In this document: in pieces, positions 51,206 through 63,884 of the stretch | How positions within the stretch are numbered: position 1 is the first letter of the stretch | Layout of the letters: the number at the start of each line of letters is the position of its first letter | DNA from: Octopus vulgaris | Taxonomy: Eukaryota | DNA: 64,000 nucleotides | Reading direction: 5' to 3' | Assembly: GCA_951406725.2 (NCBI GenBank) | Contig: OX597840.1 | Coordinates: 14,880,001 to 14,944,000 of the forward strand | Notes under the pieces: generated by a model | Database searches by the model: none | The model's input: the letters and a program-made list of their open reading frames with translations, nothing else | What the model was told of the DNA's origin: nothing | Position numbers and translations under genes: made by a program

Positions 51206-51669
51206 ACATCTTATGTGTCCGTTACATAAAAACATTAGATGAATATTTTCAGTATTTTCGCATTTCGTTTCATAGATTTTTTGGTCAACAAAGACCAATG
51301 CCGGGTTTCATGGAATTTGGTTTAGAATCTAAAAATACAATTAAATGGAACAGAAATATAAAAGAATTTTAATTGTAATTTAAAAATAGCAATAATTCCA
51401 TGCTGCCTCAGACATTGTGATTTTCTTAGTTTTTTAGCTCCATCATCGGTTATAGTAGTTGTTGTTGTAGTTATCATGCTCCCAGGTCATCTCTGATTAA
51501 ACAGAAATATGATCAATGGTATTCCAACCATAGCCATCCAGTCTTTTCGCATATCATGTATTGCATTTTTATATGCATCCAGCATCTTTTGAAATGGTTG
51601 GTTATGGTTTGAAGGCGGTAAATTTAGTTGTTGTTTTTAACAAGTCAACCGTTTCCTTCAGCAGCATCT

Positions 51670-52560
51670 TCACCATCACCATCATCATCACTGCTATAGT
51701 CATCACCACCATCATCATCATCAGCGTCATCATCATCATCATGGCCACCACCACCGTCATGTTTGTCAACATTATAATTTTCATTACCTTTGTCATCATC
51801 ATCATCATCAGCATCACCACCACCACCATCATCATCAATGCTAGCCTGTTTACTATCTCCTTCGATCTTGCCACCACCATCCCCATCATTATCCTCATCA
51901 CCATCGCCACCATTGTGGTCAATTTTTTCTTTATCACCATCACATTTTTGTCATCACACCATCATCAGCATCGCTGTCATCATCATCACTGTAACCATCA
52001 CTACAATAATTACTACCATCACCACCATCTGCATTGTCGCTCTACTGCCCCCACCATTATTACCATTAGAATCATTATCATCATTGCTACCACCACCCTC
52101 TATGTCGCGATCACCCCCTACATCGCCACCACCACCATCACCCCTTATGTTGCCACCATCATCCCCTACATCACCACCATTACCCCTACATCACCACCAT
52201 TACCTCTATATCACTGCCACCACCCCCTACATCACTCCCCTACGTTGCCACCCCCATCCCCTACATCACCAGCATCACCCCTACGTTTATTACCACCACC
52301 TGTGCATCACTGCCTTCACTACCCCTACAGTGACACCTCCATCCCTACGTCATCACCACCATCCCCACATCGCCACCACCACTCCCTACATCGCCGCCAT
52401 CACCCCTACATTGCTGCAACATTCTCTATGATGCCACACTCCCTACAATGACACCACCACCATCATTACTATCATCATCATTACCATCACCACCGCTACC
52501 ATCATCATCATATTATCACCATCATCACCATCATCATCATCATCATCACCACCCTCATCT
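51670..52560. repeat. CAC/CAT-rich low-complexity array with accccctacatc units
   Basis: Direct inspection. Source of the spurious 296-aa ORF. Confidence 0.85.
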
Positions 52561-53052
52561 ACAGCCATCGATATGACCCTTCGTGACACACAGACCACAA
52601 TGTTCCTTTGATATATTTGTAATATTCACACTAAATCGGAAAAATCTAATTAAAACAAATTAATTTGAAAGGGAATCTCTCTCCCCATCTCTCTCTCTCT
52701 CTCCCTTTCTCTCTCTCTACATTCAGAACCACATGGAGTGATAAAAGTAAACACACACACACATATATATATACATATACCCATATATATACACATGGAT
52801 GTATAAATATGTATGCATACACACACATGCAACACAAACAAACACGCTTATATATACGTGTTCATATACACATGCACATATGCACACACATTACACATAT
52901 GCATGTAGACACACATACACTAATAGCTACATACATATATATAAATACATATCTGCACAAACATAAATATACATATATATACATATGCATATACGCAGAT
53001 CAGTTTTAACATTTATATCAACACACAAATGTAAAGAAATGGATTGCATTTA

Positions 53053-53083
<31 letters not shown>

Positions 53084-53246
53084 GTATGTATGTATATATA
53101 TGTATGTATGTATATGTATGTATGTATGTATATGTATGTATGTATGTATATATATGTATGTATGTATATATGTGCATATATATATATGTATGTATGTATA
53201 TATATATATATATATATGTATATATGTGCATATATATATATGTATG

Positions 53247-53287
<41 letters not shown>

Positions 53288-53427
53288 TTATATATATATA
53301 TATATATATATGTATTTATATATAAAGTTAATCCAAACATGAAAACACAAAGAGAAAACACAACAATGCGAGGACGTGGAACAAGTATCGTGTTATTGGA
53401 CGCTCAGGAAAGGAAAGAGAGAAGGAG

Positions 53428-53464
53428 GATTTAATGTTTCGAGCAGAGCTCTTCGTCAGAAACA
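53428..53464 (-). ncRNA. Minimal type I hammerhead-like motif in a Penelope-like remnant (~53325-53535)
   Basis: Minus strand gttt-CTGACGA-a-GAGC-tct-GCTC-GAAA-cattaaat. Stems I and III are weak. Confidence 0.6.
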
Positions 53465-53560
53465 CAGGAAAAGGAAAGATCCAAGGAATGGAAAACAGAG
53501 GGAAAAGAATCGCCAACGGTACACATGCAGTCACATTATATATATATATATATGTATATA

Positions 53561-53607
<47 letters not shown>

Positions 53608-53642
53608 ATATGTACATATATATATATATATATATAAATATA

Positions 53643-54503
53643 AAGGGTATGATGGGTATGTTGTCACCATTTTATACCTTTAATTTTGTGCAAACACATT
53701 GTTTGTTTTTGATTTTGTCGACTACAGAGTATAGTAGGATCAGTTGGAAACTTCTATGAGAAAAACAGTACCATCACACAAATCAATCTGCCAGAAATTT
53801 GGTAACAACATTCTGTACTGCTTGGCATTGAAGCTGGAAGCTCCAGTATGGACATTTCAGAGTGTTTGAGTGTCAATCTGAGAACATGTACTGAGAGTAA
53901 TAAAAATCAAACATCATGGTGTTTAGACTGATTACTAGTGATGGCAACATTATGCCTCCATTCATCTTCCCACATGGTCTCAGGCTCAACACGGAGACCT
54001 ACTTCAAGTTCCTGGAGGAGATAGTGCTGCCCTGGATCAAGAGGGTGTCTGCTGGAAGATCCTATTTCTGGTAACATGACTCTGCACCATGCCACAGAAG
54101 CAGGCGAGCCAAGTCATGGCTGCCAGACAATTTCTGTGACCACATCACCCCTAAAATCTGGCCACCTAACTCCCCGAACTTCAACCCCCCTTGATTATTA
54201 TGTGTGGGCACAGTTGAGCGAGAGACCAACAAAATTCCTTATAACACCAAATATGAACTGAAGGCAAGGATTATGGTAGCATTCACCAATTTAAACAAGG
54301 AGACCGTCCAGAAGAGCTGCGGAAGATTTCAAAGTCGTTTTTAGGCCATGGTTGAAGCCAATGGTGATTTTATAGGATAGATTTACTTTTTAGTATTTCA
54401 AGATATTTTTATGCATTTTCGGTAAATATATCTGTTAAAATGAGATGTCAGTGTTATTTTCATTTTTCTGTAATTTAGATGACAGTTTATTCACTGCACC
54501 CTG
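53643..54503 (+). mobile_element. Degenerate Tc1/mariner DD37D (maT-like) transposon
   Basis: MVFRLITSDGNIMPPFIFPHGLRLNTETY...VLPWI...HDSAPCH...WPPNSPNFNPLDYYVW; right TIR gacagtttattcactgcaccctg|TA. Confidence 0.85.
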
Positions 54504-54528
54504 TATATTTACGTGCATAGATATATAC

Positions 54529-54559
<31 letters not shown>

Positions 54560-54569
54560 GATACATGCA

Positions 54570-54618
<49 letters not shown>

Positions 54619-54796
54619 ACCTACCTACATACGTACATACATATATTCACCAAACCCTATATATTTACATGCATAGATATATAGACATACATATATATAT
54701 ATATATATATAGATACATGCATGTGTATATATATATATATATACATGCCTGCCTACCTACATACATACATACTTATATGTATGTATATATATATGA

Positions 54797-54844
<48 letters not shown>

Positions 54845-54942
54845 CATTAATATACAAAATATATATAAAATATATGATGTGAAGTATATAAAAATTTATA
54901 TAATGAGCAGAGCAAGCTATAAAAATATGCAATATATAAAAT

Positions 54943-55540
54943 AAACCAAAAAAGGGGTATAAGGACTTGCTGAAGGCTTCCTTAAGAGATGCTTGCATCT
55001 CTCCTGATACATGGGAGGGCATAGCTATTGATCATAGCAGGCAGAGAAGGATTGTGCATGAGGGGACAGCTACTTTTGAGAAATCTCGAGTTGCGCATGA
55101 GAAAGTAAGGAGGGATGTCAGGAAGGGCATCACTGTTACACTTCCAGATGGGAAGGGTCTTCCTATGATGGTGACATGCAATGTCTGTGCATGACCCTGC
55201 CTCAGTAAAGCTGGACTCAAGAGTCATCTTCGTAGTCATAAAGTGAGACAGATGAGTGACAACCTGGCCACTGGTGGTGGTATAACACACCATACTAATC
55301 ATATCTGTCAGGCATGTGGAAGAGAGTGTAATTCGGCAGGAGGACTTAAACAACATGCAAAGGTACATGAAGCCCAGTTACAACTACAGCCGGCTTTTAC
55401 CGCTAAAGGTTTTAGCTGCCAATTCTGTACAAGACATTGTAGATCTTTAGCTGGGCTAAAAAGTCACATTCGATCACAGCACCAGTAACAGTTAAGCTTC
55501 GTGCAATGGCCATACTCAATAACAATGGGGCAGCCATCAT
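54943..55540 (+). mobile_element. RTE-clade LINE 3' fragment with three C2H2 zinc fingers
   Basis: KPKKGYKDLLKASLR...DTWEGIAIDHSRQRRIVHEG, then three C-x2-C-x12-H-x3/4-H fingers in one frame with a single TGA at 55192. Confidence 0.8.
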
Positions 55541-55569
55541 ATATATATATGTGTATGTGTGTGTATACA

Positions 55570-55625
<56 letters not shown>

Positions 55626-55807
55626 CATACATACAGACAGACATATATATGAATATATAGATACATACATATATATACATGTACATGTGTGTGTGTGTAT
55701 TTATATATATATAATGTACTGATCTGTGATAGAAAGTTCAACAAAAATAGTACTCCATCTGGTAGGAGATAAACATTATTTATTTAAATGTCACAATTTA
55801 TGTATTA

Positions 55808-55850
55808 AAGCGTTTCATATGTTGAGAACTCAAACATATTCTTCAGGCAC
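55808..55850 (-). ncRNA. Hammerhead motif in the left pLTR, stem III deleted
   Basis: gtgc-CTGAAGA-atatgtttgag-tt-ctcaacatat-GAAA-cgcttt. Confidence 0.55.
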
Positions 55851-57552
55851 AAACCACATATCATAACAAACCAAAATAATTGAATAATAGAAGAAACATG
55901 AAGAAATCGAGAAGGCAGCATATAGAAAATGCAGACAGTAAACAACGGAAGATGGAGAACAGAAACTAAAATGTCAAAAATCAAAAGTAAAAAGGTAAAA
56001 GAGCTTTCGTCCTTAGACCTCAAATGAAAAGACTGGAAAGATATCAAGTCAGTCGGGAATAGGTGGAATTTTCCATTTCTCCAAAATATATCTCTATATA
56101 TGCATATAACCATTGAAAATTTCTGACCTAGAGTTCAACTGAGAGTTAGGGATCTTAGCTCTGAATAGGATCTGCCCTTTTCCAGTCAAACAAAGTCTAC
56201 ATTTATTCGATCCATTCACATAAGGAACGGATTTCTCAATTATTTTCCATTTAATCACATGCAATGTTTCGTTATCTTTCAAAGTTCATACATAGCTAAC
56301 CAATTTAGTAGCTTTACTTTTGTCCCTATGTCGGAAGGAGGCTGTGTGATTGGCATAGCAATTTTAGAATTCACCTTCACATAATCCAAGATAGGTCTTG
56401 TTATCAACTGTATTATTATTTAGGATTGCAGTAACTTCTGCCTCACATATGATACATTGTTGGTGAAGTGTATGGTATCCTGGGTCACAACAGTTACAAC
56501 TGGGTTCAGGCTCTTGGTATTGACTACGTGTAATGATACTCTTTATATTGGGGCAGCAGCTATATGATAATTTCACAGAACGCCTATTGAATCTTTTCTT
56601 GTATCTGTGAGTAGCTGGAAAGGATTTGTCTGGGAGTGACAGGAATCTTTTATCAATGTTATTATTTTATATTAAGGGAAAATGGTGAGGCGAACTAAAT
56701 AATTTTCCTTGACCTATTTTTAGGTTTCTTATTATTCTGATTGATACTAGAGTGGTTATGAACTACTTTATCTTTGATGCCACTAGATCTGTTATTGAAA
56801 TTTTGATTGTTATTAGAAGGATTATATATTAATTTATCTTTGAAGCCACTATTGGCTAGGGCTTTGTTATAATGGGGGGCAGCTATCTTGAAAATTTCCT
56901 AGGAAGAAGAGAGGTTCGACACTCTTACTAATAATAACTATCAGGTTTTTAAATATTACAGGAGAGTGACAAGATTGTTTGAAGATATATGCGAGTTACT
57001 GCAACTCTAAATAATATTACAACTGATAAGAAGGCCTATCTTGGATTATGCCAATCACACAGCCTCCTTCCGACATAGGGACAAAAGTAAAGCTACTAAG
57101 TTGGTTAGCTATGTATGAACTTTGAAAGATAACGAAACATTGCATGTGATTAAATGGAAAATAATTGAGAAATCCATTCCTTATGTGAATGGATCGAATA
57201 AATGTAGACTTTGTTTGACTGAAAAAGGGCAGATCCTATTCAGAGCTAAGATCCCTAACTCTCTATTGAACTCCAGGTCAGAAATTTTCAATGGTTATAT
57301 GCATATGTATAGATGCATTTTGAAGAAATGGAAAATTCCACCTATTCCCGACTGACTTGATATCTTTCCAGTCTTTTCATTTGAGGTCTAAGGACGAAAG
57401 CTCTTTTACCTTTTTACTTTTGATTTTTGACATTTTAGTTTCTGTTTTCCATCTTCCGTTGTTTACTGTCTGCATTTTCTATATGCTGCCTTCTCGATTT
57501 CTTCATGTTTCTTCTATTATTAATTATTTTGGTTTGTTATGATATGTGGTTT

Positions 57553-57605
57553 GTGCCTGAAGAATATGTTTGAGTTTTCTCAACATATGAAACTATTAGT
57601 AGTGC
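57553..57605 (+). ncRNA. Type I hammerhead ribozyme motif in the right pLTR
   Basis: gtgc-CTGAAGA-atatgtttgag-tttt-ctcaacatat-GAAA-ctatta-GTA-gtgc; stem III ACT/AGT, GUA triplet, stem I with two G-U pairs. Confidence 0.75.
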
Positions 57606-57664
57606 TTTAATACATGTATTGTGACCTTTAAATAAATAATATATAATAATATATATAAATAATA

Positions 57665-57721
<57 letters not shown>

Positions 57722-57986
57722 CATACACATGCACACTAATAACGAACAGTGAGAATATGGCATTGATGGATAAATATTCTTAATTTGTGGGGAAGCAAGG
57801 CTACCAAAAAGGAAAAAAAAAAATTGTCCCATACACCTGAAAGTTACAGGATTAAACATTCAGAAAATCTCTCAACAATTCTCAAGCCTGCCACATAGAG
57901 TCATTGGTACCCATCTCCCATGGAGAGTACCAACCCATATTAGCCTTTTTTAAGTCCCAAATAAAGTATATGTATATGTGTGTGAA

Positions 57987-58138
57987 TGCTAGTGAAGCTA
58001 GGACAGGCAGTAGGGGCAGCACTTTTAAAGGGGCACCAGTTTTTCGTCTGCTGTAGGCAATATGTGTTTTTTGTGGGGTCTGGGGATGGCAAACAGAAGG
58101 GTTGCCCTGGGCAGCTCACACTTTAGCTATGCTAGTGC
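57987..58138. mobile_element. Possible small hAT-like MITE
   Basis: gctagtgaagctag ... ttagctatgctagtg ends; ggggcagc / gttgccc subterminal motifs. Confidence 0.4.
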
Positions 58139-58149
58139 ACATGAGTGTA

Positions 58150-58182
<33 letters not shown>

Positions 58183-58219
58183 ACATACATATAGTTACAC
58201 ACACATACATGCACACACA

Positions 58220-59850
58220 ATGTTTGCCAATGTGGTATTTTTGTCAGCACTAGCATGGACCATTCCAGTACAATATGGTGCTTTATCTCAGGAAATACAT
58301 CAATCTTCACTATTGTCATATTGGGAGAGATTCTATGCCCTGAGCAATGGAATCATTCTGCCTATGCACAGCTCAGTGGTTGAGCATTAATAACTGGTGG
58401 AGTTCTGTCAAACCGTTGTTGTGTGTCGGATAGATCCGACAGTCAACCAACTATATTACAAGATCATCCTCACTTTTATGCCTTTCTTTGTCCAGGAAGG
58501 ACCAACAGTTTTATTGTGTCTCATAGTTTTGGTTAAAATGGTTGTAGGGCAGAGAAAACTGAATGATTTAACCACTGAAACTTTTTCCCTTGGGCCAAAT
58601 TCTCACCATTTTCTTCAAGTACTACTTGAGAAAGATCATAGAAATTTCTGTTGTTGGACCCAGGGTCCAATGAAAGTGCTTGGAAACTAGTTCAGCTTAG
58701 ATCTTTCAGTGCAGAAAAACTGACATGGAATTGTAAGTGGAGAAGCCAGTCTCCCTCAGAAATGGATTGAGTAGAAGAAGTCCTTTAAAAGTTGAGCCAC
58801 AGTGGCTAATATGTATATGACTATGGTGGTGTACTTTTACCTGACTTATCCCAAGAAGCACTTGACCAACTAGGCCAGAGCGTATGCTTTTTCTTTTCTT
58901 GAAGACTTGACTGGTGCTGTGAACAATGATAGAATGGTTAAAGAATATTATAGAAGAATATTTTGAAATATGGTAGCCGAGGAATTCCTCTTACAACAAT
59001 ATCTCCGTTGCATACATTTTTGTCAATAAGGCATTTGAGAACACATTGTGTGAGAGAGGATAGAGAAAGATTGTTAATATAAAAATTTAGGGTTTGATGC
59101 AAAGTTTTTCTTTGTTCAACTATCAAATATAATATTTCTTTGGACCATATCCTATCCTTATATCAGTTGAGAATCTTGTAATCAAATCCAGCTGTTTCTC
59201 ATTGTAAATATTTTTTGTGTAATTCTTCAGCTTATCAAAGAAATATTAGTTTACATTGGCGCCTCTTGTTGTTATAGGCCTTAACAATTAGCCAATGGAG
59301 TTTTGTGGAAGAAATGGCAGTTTAATGCCAGAATAGACAGAAATAGCACAGATAGAGTGTCTCTGGAATATTCCCTTTGAAATATTTATAAAATTGTTGA
59401 CCAAGTTTTTGTGAGTCTTTCAATGGCCACAACAATGACAGTAGATTTCTTTTGCCAAGTTGACCGATTCCATCAACCATGTGTGAGGAATAGAATCAAA
59501 TACCACTTTCTGTAATCAAGCCATATTGTCACAAGGTTTTTGCAGAGTTTTCTTACTTCAACCCACACAGCTTCATTCATCAAAAGTTGTTTGGCACATC
59601 CCTGCCCTCCCTTCTTTCCACCTACCTGCTCATCAGTCTCTGCCTTCTTGGACACACAATGGTCTTGGAGGAATTGCTTCAGACAGCTTATATAATGTTT
59701 AAGAAAACAATACAACTACAGTTTTCTGCCAAGTTAGTGTTTTCATTTTTGGCTACAAGATTTGTGCGTGCCATGGCAAGCCAATTTGTTATGTCAATTT
59801 GGTCTTCCATAGTTCTTTGGAATATACGTGACTTTCACTATATTCCTCTC
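58220..59850 (-). mobile_element. Heavily degraded R4/Dong-like LINE (RT to RLE region)
   Basis: EQVGGKKGGQGCAKQLLMN...NLVTIWLDYRK, a GIFQ.D.LS-like motif, and a RLE-proximal region near 58250. Confidence 0.75.
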
Positions 59851-59926
59851 TGTGTCTGCATGTATGTGAGTATGGATGTATAAGTGTTTGTGTGTATGTA
59901 TATATGTAATTGTATATGTATGCATG

Positions 59927-59964
<38 letters not shown>

Positions 59965-60172
59965 AATATATTTCTATGTGCAAGAATGTATGTATTATAT
60001 GAGTGTATGCTTGTATGTGTGTACATAAGTATGCATGTAGGTAAATATATTTATGTATTTGTGTGTGTATTTATCTAAGTCTTTTATTAATGTATGTATG
60101 CATAAATCTATGAATCATTGTATGTGTATATGAATCTGTGCTTCAATGTATGTAAAAGTCTCTGCATCTATC

Positions 60173-60215
<43 letters not shown>

Positions 60216-60839
60216 GTTATTTTGAGTTTCATAAGATGTTTTCAACCACTTATGGAACCGGAGGTGATGCCGGTTAATACCGGAAACACCCACAGACAAC
60301 AAGTATTTATTTTTTAAATATAGAAATTGATATAATATAGCATAATGTAGCACATAATGAATTGTTGTTGTTGTAGTTGTTATTATTTTTGATATTATTA
60401 TCATTATTGCTCTTAGTTTTGTTGTTATTGCTGTTGTTGTTGTTTTTGGTGGTGGTGGTGTGGTGCTGCAGTTGTTAATGTTGTTGGTGTATATTCTTCA
60501 TCAATGAAAAGGAGTTTTATTTTTAAGAATTTTCAGCATAGAATTTTACAGTTAATTTTTTTTTTTCTATTTTGGTAACATTACACACACACACACACGC
60601 CACACACACACACACACACGTGTATATATTCATATAAACCCACACATATTATACTTTTTTGTTTCTGCATTATGTTAATTTGTCTTGGAATAAAAGACAG
60701 CAGTTCTACAAAGTTTGGTCACTGGAACCTTTGTAAAAAGGATATTTTCTTGTTATGTCGTTAATGGTTCTTCTCAATTAATTAAAAGTTGGCTGAATAT
60801 CGATTTAATTTATTCTTGAATGTATAATCACCTACCACC

Positions 60840-61510
60840 TGTATATACATACACATAAACATATATATACATACAGACACTGTTTATACATACAGACATA
60901 GTCACACACTTACACACAGGCAAGCTGTTTAAACATGTGTGTTCAGAACACACACACATACACACATATATATACACAAGCACATATGTATACACAAGCA
61001 CATATTTAGACAGAGTAACATACACATATACAGGAACACATACAATAACACTGATAAACACCAACGGACATATACTTAAAAATACATGCAGATATACACA
61101 GACCCACAGATGCATGCACACACACATACACACTCGTGTATACATTACAGAGAAACATACACATACAAATGCTCATATATACATACAAGCACACACACAA
61201 ATACTCATATATAAATACAAACACACATACACACACACACAAATACTCATATATACATGCAAACACACACACACATACACACACACACAAATATTCATAT
61301 ATAAATACAAACACACACATACACACACAAATACTCATATATACATGCAAGCACACACAAATACTCATATACGTACAAGCACACACACACACACAAATAC
61401 TCATATATACATACAAGCACACACACGCACTCACACTCATATACATACAGAGAAACATACACACGTGCACACACACATGCATACACATACATATACCTCA
61501 TACAAACATA
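60840..61510. repeat. CA/TA-rich repeat with acacacaaatactcatatata units
   Basis: Direct inspection. Confidence 0.8.
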
Positions 61511-62164
61511 CAAGTTAATATTGGCAAGCGTTTTTATCCCATTTCTCTTGCTCTTTTCTGTTTCAACCGACCTATTTTTCATGATGCAGTCTAATCTTAA
61601 GCTGGATATACAGATGGAGCATTCCTTGCTGATGCTGCCACCTGATTTTACCACTTCTCTCAATACTCTGCTGCCCTCTGTGAATCAGGTATAATATGGG
61701 TTCAGCTCTGGTTGTCACCATCATGAATGTATCTTGGACAGTTTAGCTTGATCCCACCGATTCCTCTCCAAGCTTTTATCCACAAATGTAGGCCTCTACC
61801 TGAGCCATACCTTGGTCTCAAACACTTGTCTGTTGACCTGAGCAAAAGTTCCTTTGATCTAGTCAGTGACTCCGTTGGAAACCTTATCCCGAGTCTTTTG
61901 CTGTCTGGTGCAATGTTCAAACTTGGATTAACTTGGATTAGCCCAAGTGGAGTATGGCACTTGGAGCCATAGTGTGAAAGATTAAGAGTTGAAATGAGGA
62001 CAACTGATGCCTGTCGGCATTACCATCCCTGACAAGTTGCAATTGCCAGATACCAAATGTACAATTTCTGTTCATCATCATCATTATCATCAACAACATT
62101 GACACCACCACCACCACCATCATCACCATCACCATCATCATCATCATCATTATCACCATCAACA

Positions 62165-62335
62165 TCATCATTTAACATCCATTTTCCATGCTAGCATGGG
62201 TTGCATAGTTTGATAAGATTCAGTAAGCTGTAGGACTGTGTCAAGCTCCAATGTCTGCTTTGCCATGTTTTTTTATGGCTGGATACCCTTCCTAATGCCA
62301 ACCACTTTACAGAGTGTGCTGGTTGCTTTTTGTCA
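62165..62335 (-). mobile_element. RTE/RTEX LINE 3'-end remnant
   Basis: catttaacatccattttccatgctagcatggg...cccttcctaatgccaaccact. Confidence 0.75.
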
Positions 62336-62527
62336 TTGTTGCTGGCACTAGTGAAATTGGCAAGTAACTTGCAACATAGAAAAACCACAACTAAGTAGGG
62401 CTGGATGAGCATTTGGCAGTTGGAGATGGCTTTATGCCAGATGTGGAGAGGCTTAAATATTATAGACAAACAAGCACAGTTGTTTTTGTGATAGAGGAGA
62501 TACATAGCTTGACTGGCCCTCATTGCT

Positions 62528-62712
62528 GGTGGCACGTAAAAAGCACCCACTACACTCTCTGAGTGTTTGGTGTTAGGAAGGGCATCCAACTGTAGAAACT
62601 CTGCCAGATCAAGATTGGAGCCTGGTGCAGCCATCTGGTTCGCCAGCCCTCAGTCAAATCGTCCAACCCATGCTTGCATAGAAAGCGGACATTAAACGAT
62701 GATGATGATGAT
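62528..62712 (+). mobile_element. RTE/RTEX LINE 3' end, close to the 34733 subfamily
   Basis: ggtggcacgtaaaaagcacccactacactc...gccagatc...cgtccaacccatgc...agcggacattaaacgatgatgat. Confidence 0.85.
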
Positions 62713-63039
62713 AGCTACCCTGCAGCACATATGGGTGAGTGAGAGTAGCTGGAAAGGAGTTAAAGATGGTTGTGATGAGGGTGCTAGAGCAAACCCCCAG
62801 GGTACAACAAGATGGGCATAAGAGAGGATACAGGGAGTGGATCGGGGGTTAGAGTGGGGTTGTTTCCATAAGAGTGTGTGAGGGAACAGTAACTGATGGT
62901 TAGAGATTGGGGTAGGAGTTAAGGCAGTGAGTAATAAACAAGGGTGGAGGTATGATGGATGAAAAACATCAGTATGGAAAGATGTAAGGTGAGAGATGTA
63001 GGTGGAGCTTGACACAGTTCTTCATGTACAGTTCTCCAT

Positions 63040-63089
63040 ACATCTGATGAAGTGGGTTTGCTCTGTCACCCCCAAAAATTAAGTAATGT
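63040..63089 (+). ncRNA. Degenerate type I hammerhead-like motif
   Basis: acat-CTGATGA-a-gtgggt...accccc-AAAA(G12 lost)-attaag-TA-atgt. Confidence 0.5.
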
Positions 63090-63425
63090 TAAATTGAGCC
63101 AGCCTGTTATTGAATACTTACAACTCCAAGTTAAATGTATTGAGTGCTACCCCTGTATGGGTATGTATGTGTCAATTGATCACGTGATTGACCAGGCTAT
63201 CAGATATTGTTACACATCACTGGTCACAGTGCACTTTTGCATTGTTGCCACCTTCAAATGATACTAGCCACTGGCCAACATCCCCCCGCCCCCACTGACC
63301 AAAAATGGGCTGGAGTAATGTGAAAGGAAGTGTTTTCTTCAAGAACATAATATGCTGCCCACTCAGGGGATCAAACCCATGATACAGGAATTGTAAGCAC
63401 AACAGCCTTGCCTAGTTGGCCACAC
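63090..63425 (-). mobile_element. Degenerate CORE-like SINE
   Basis: aatgtgaaaggaagtgttttcttcaagaacataa...ggggatcaaaccc matches the family C head. Confidence 0.5.
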
Positions 63426-63462
63426 ACATATATATGTGTGTGTGTGCGTATATATAAATATA

Positions 63463-63508
<46 letters not shown>

Positions 63509-63669
63509 TGCACACACATGCCAACACACTTTGAAAGTGAGTGTTTGGAAAATGCTAGATGACGTAAATTTCTTCTTACTCTCCTCTTCACCTTAGAATC
63601 CCTAACAGACTCAGGTTTGAATATATGTTCAATAAATATTCTTAGAGGTATTGAGCACATATTAAATGT

Positions 63670-63884
63670 TCTTTTCTACTCTAGGCACAAGGCCCTAAAT
63701 GTTTGGTGAGGGGGCCCAGTCAAGTAGATCGACCCCAGCATGCAACTGGTACTTAATTTATTGACCCTGTAAGTATGAAAGACAAAGTTGACCTTGGTGG
63801 GATTTGAATTCAGAATGTAAAGACAGATGAAATACTGCTAAACATTTTGCCTGGCGTGCTAACGTTTCTGCCAGCTCGCCGCCT
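63670..63884 (-). mobile_element. tRNA-derived SINE family B, full length
   Basis: Reverse strand begins ggcggcgagctggcagaaacgttagcacgcc and ends tgtgcctagagtagaaaag. Confidence 0.88.

Larger units (their letters stand above)
55716..57640 (-). mobile_element. Penelope-like element (Naiad-type GIY-YIG), 5'-truncated, with inverted terminal duplication
   Basis: Minus strand RVSNLSS..AAPHYNKALANSGF, RKII*FASPFS, FNRRSVKLSYSCCPN, CNC, YLGLCEGEF, KWKII..PY...KCRLCL..K, LNSRSEI. 56993-57640 is an inverted copy of ~55775-56440. Confidence 0.88.

Noticed and set aside
51561-52451. 296-aa Ile/His/Pro-rich ORF
   Set aside because: CAC/CAT low-complexity repeat that is open in several frames, with no domain signature.
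57350-57560. SECIS element downstream of the Naiad-like ORF
   Set aside because: No AUGA/GA quartet with a correctly spaced apical AA could be found by eye.
61560-62060. GC-balanced segment that looks like decayed coding sequence
   Set aside because: No motif could be assigned. It is possibly an old LINE fragment, and a BLASTx would be needed.
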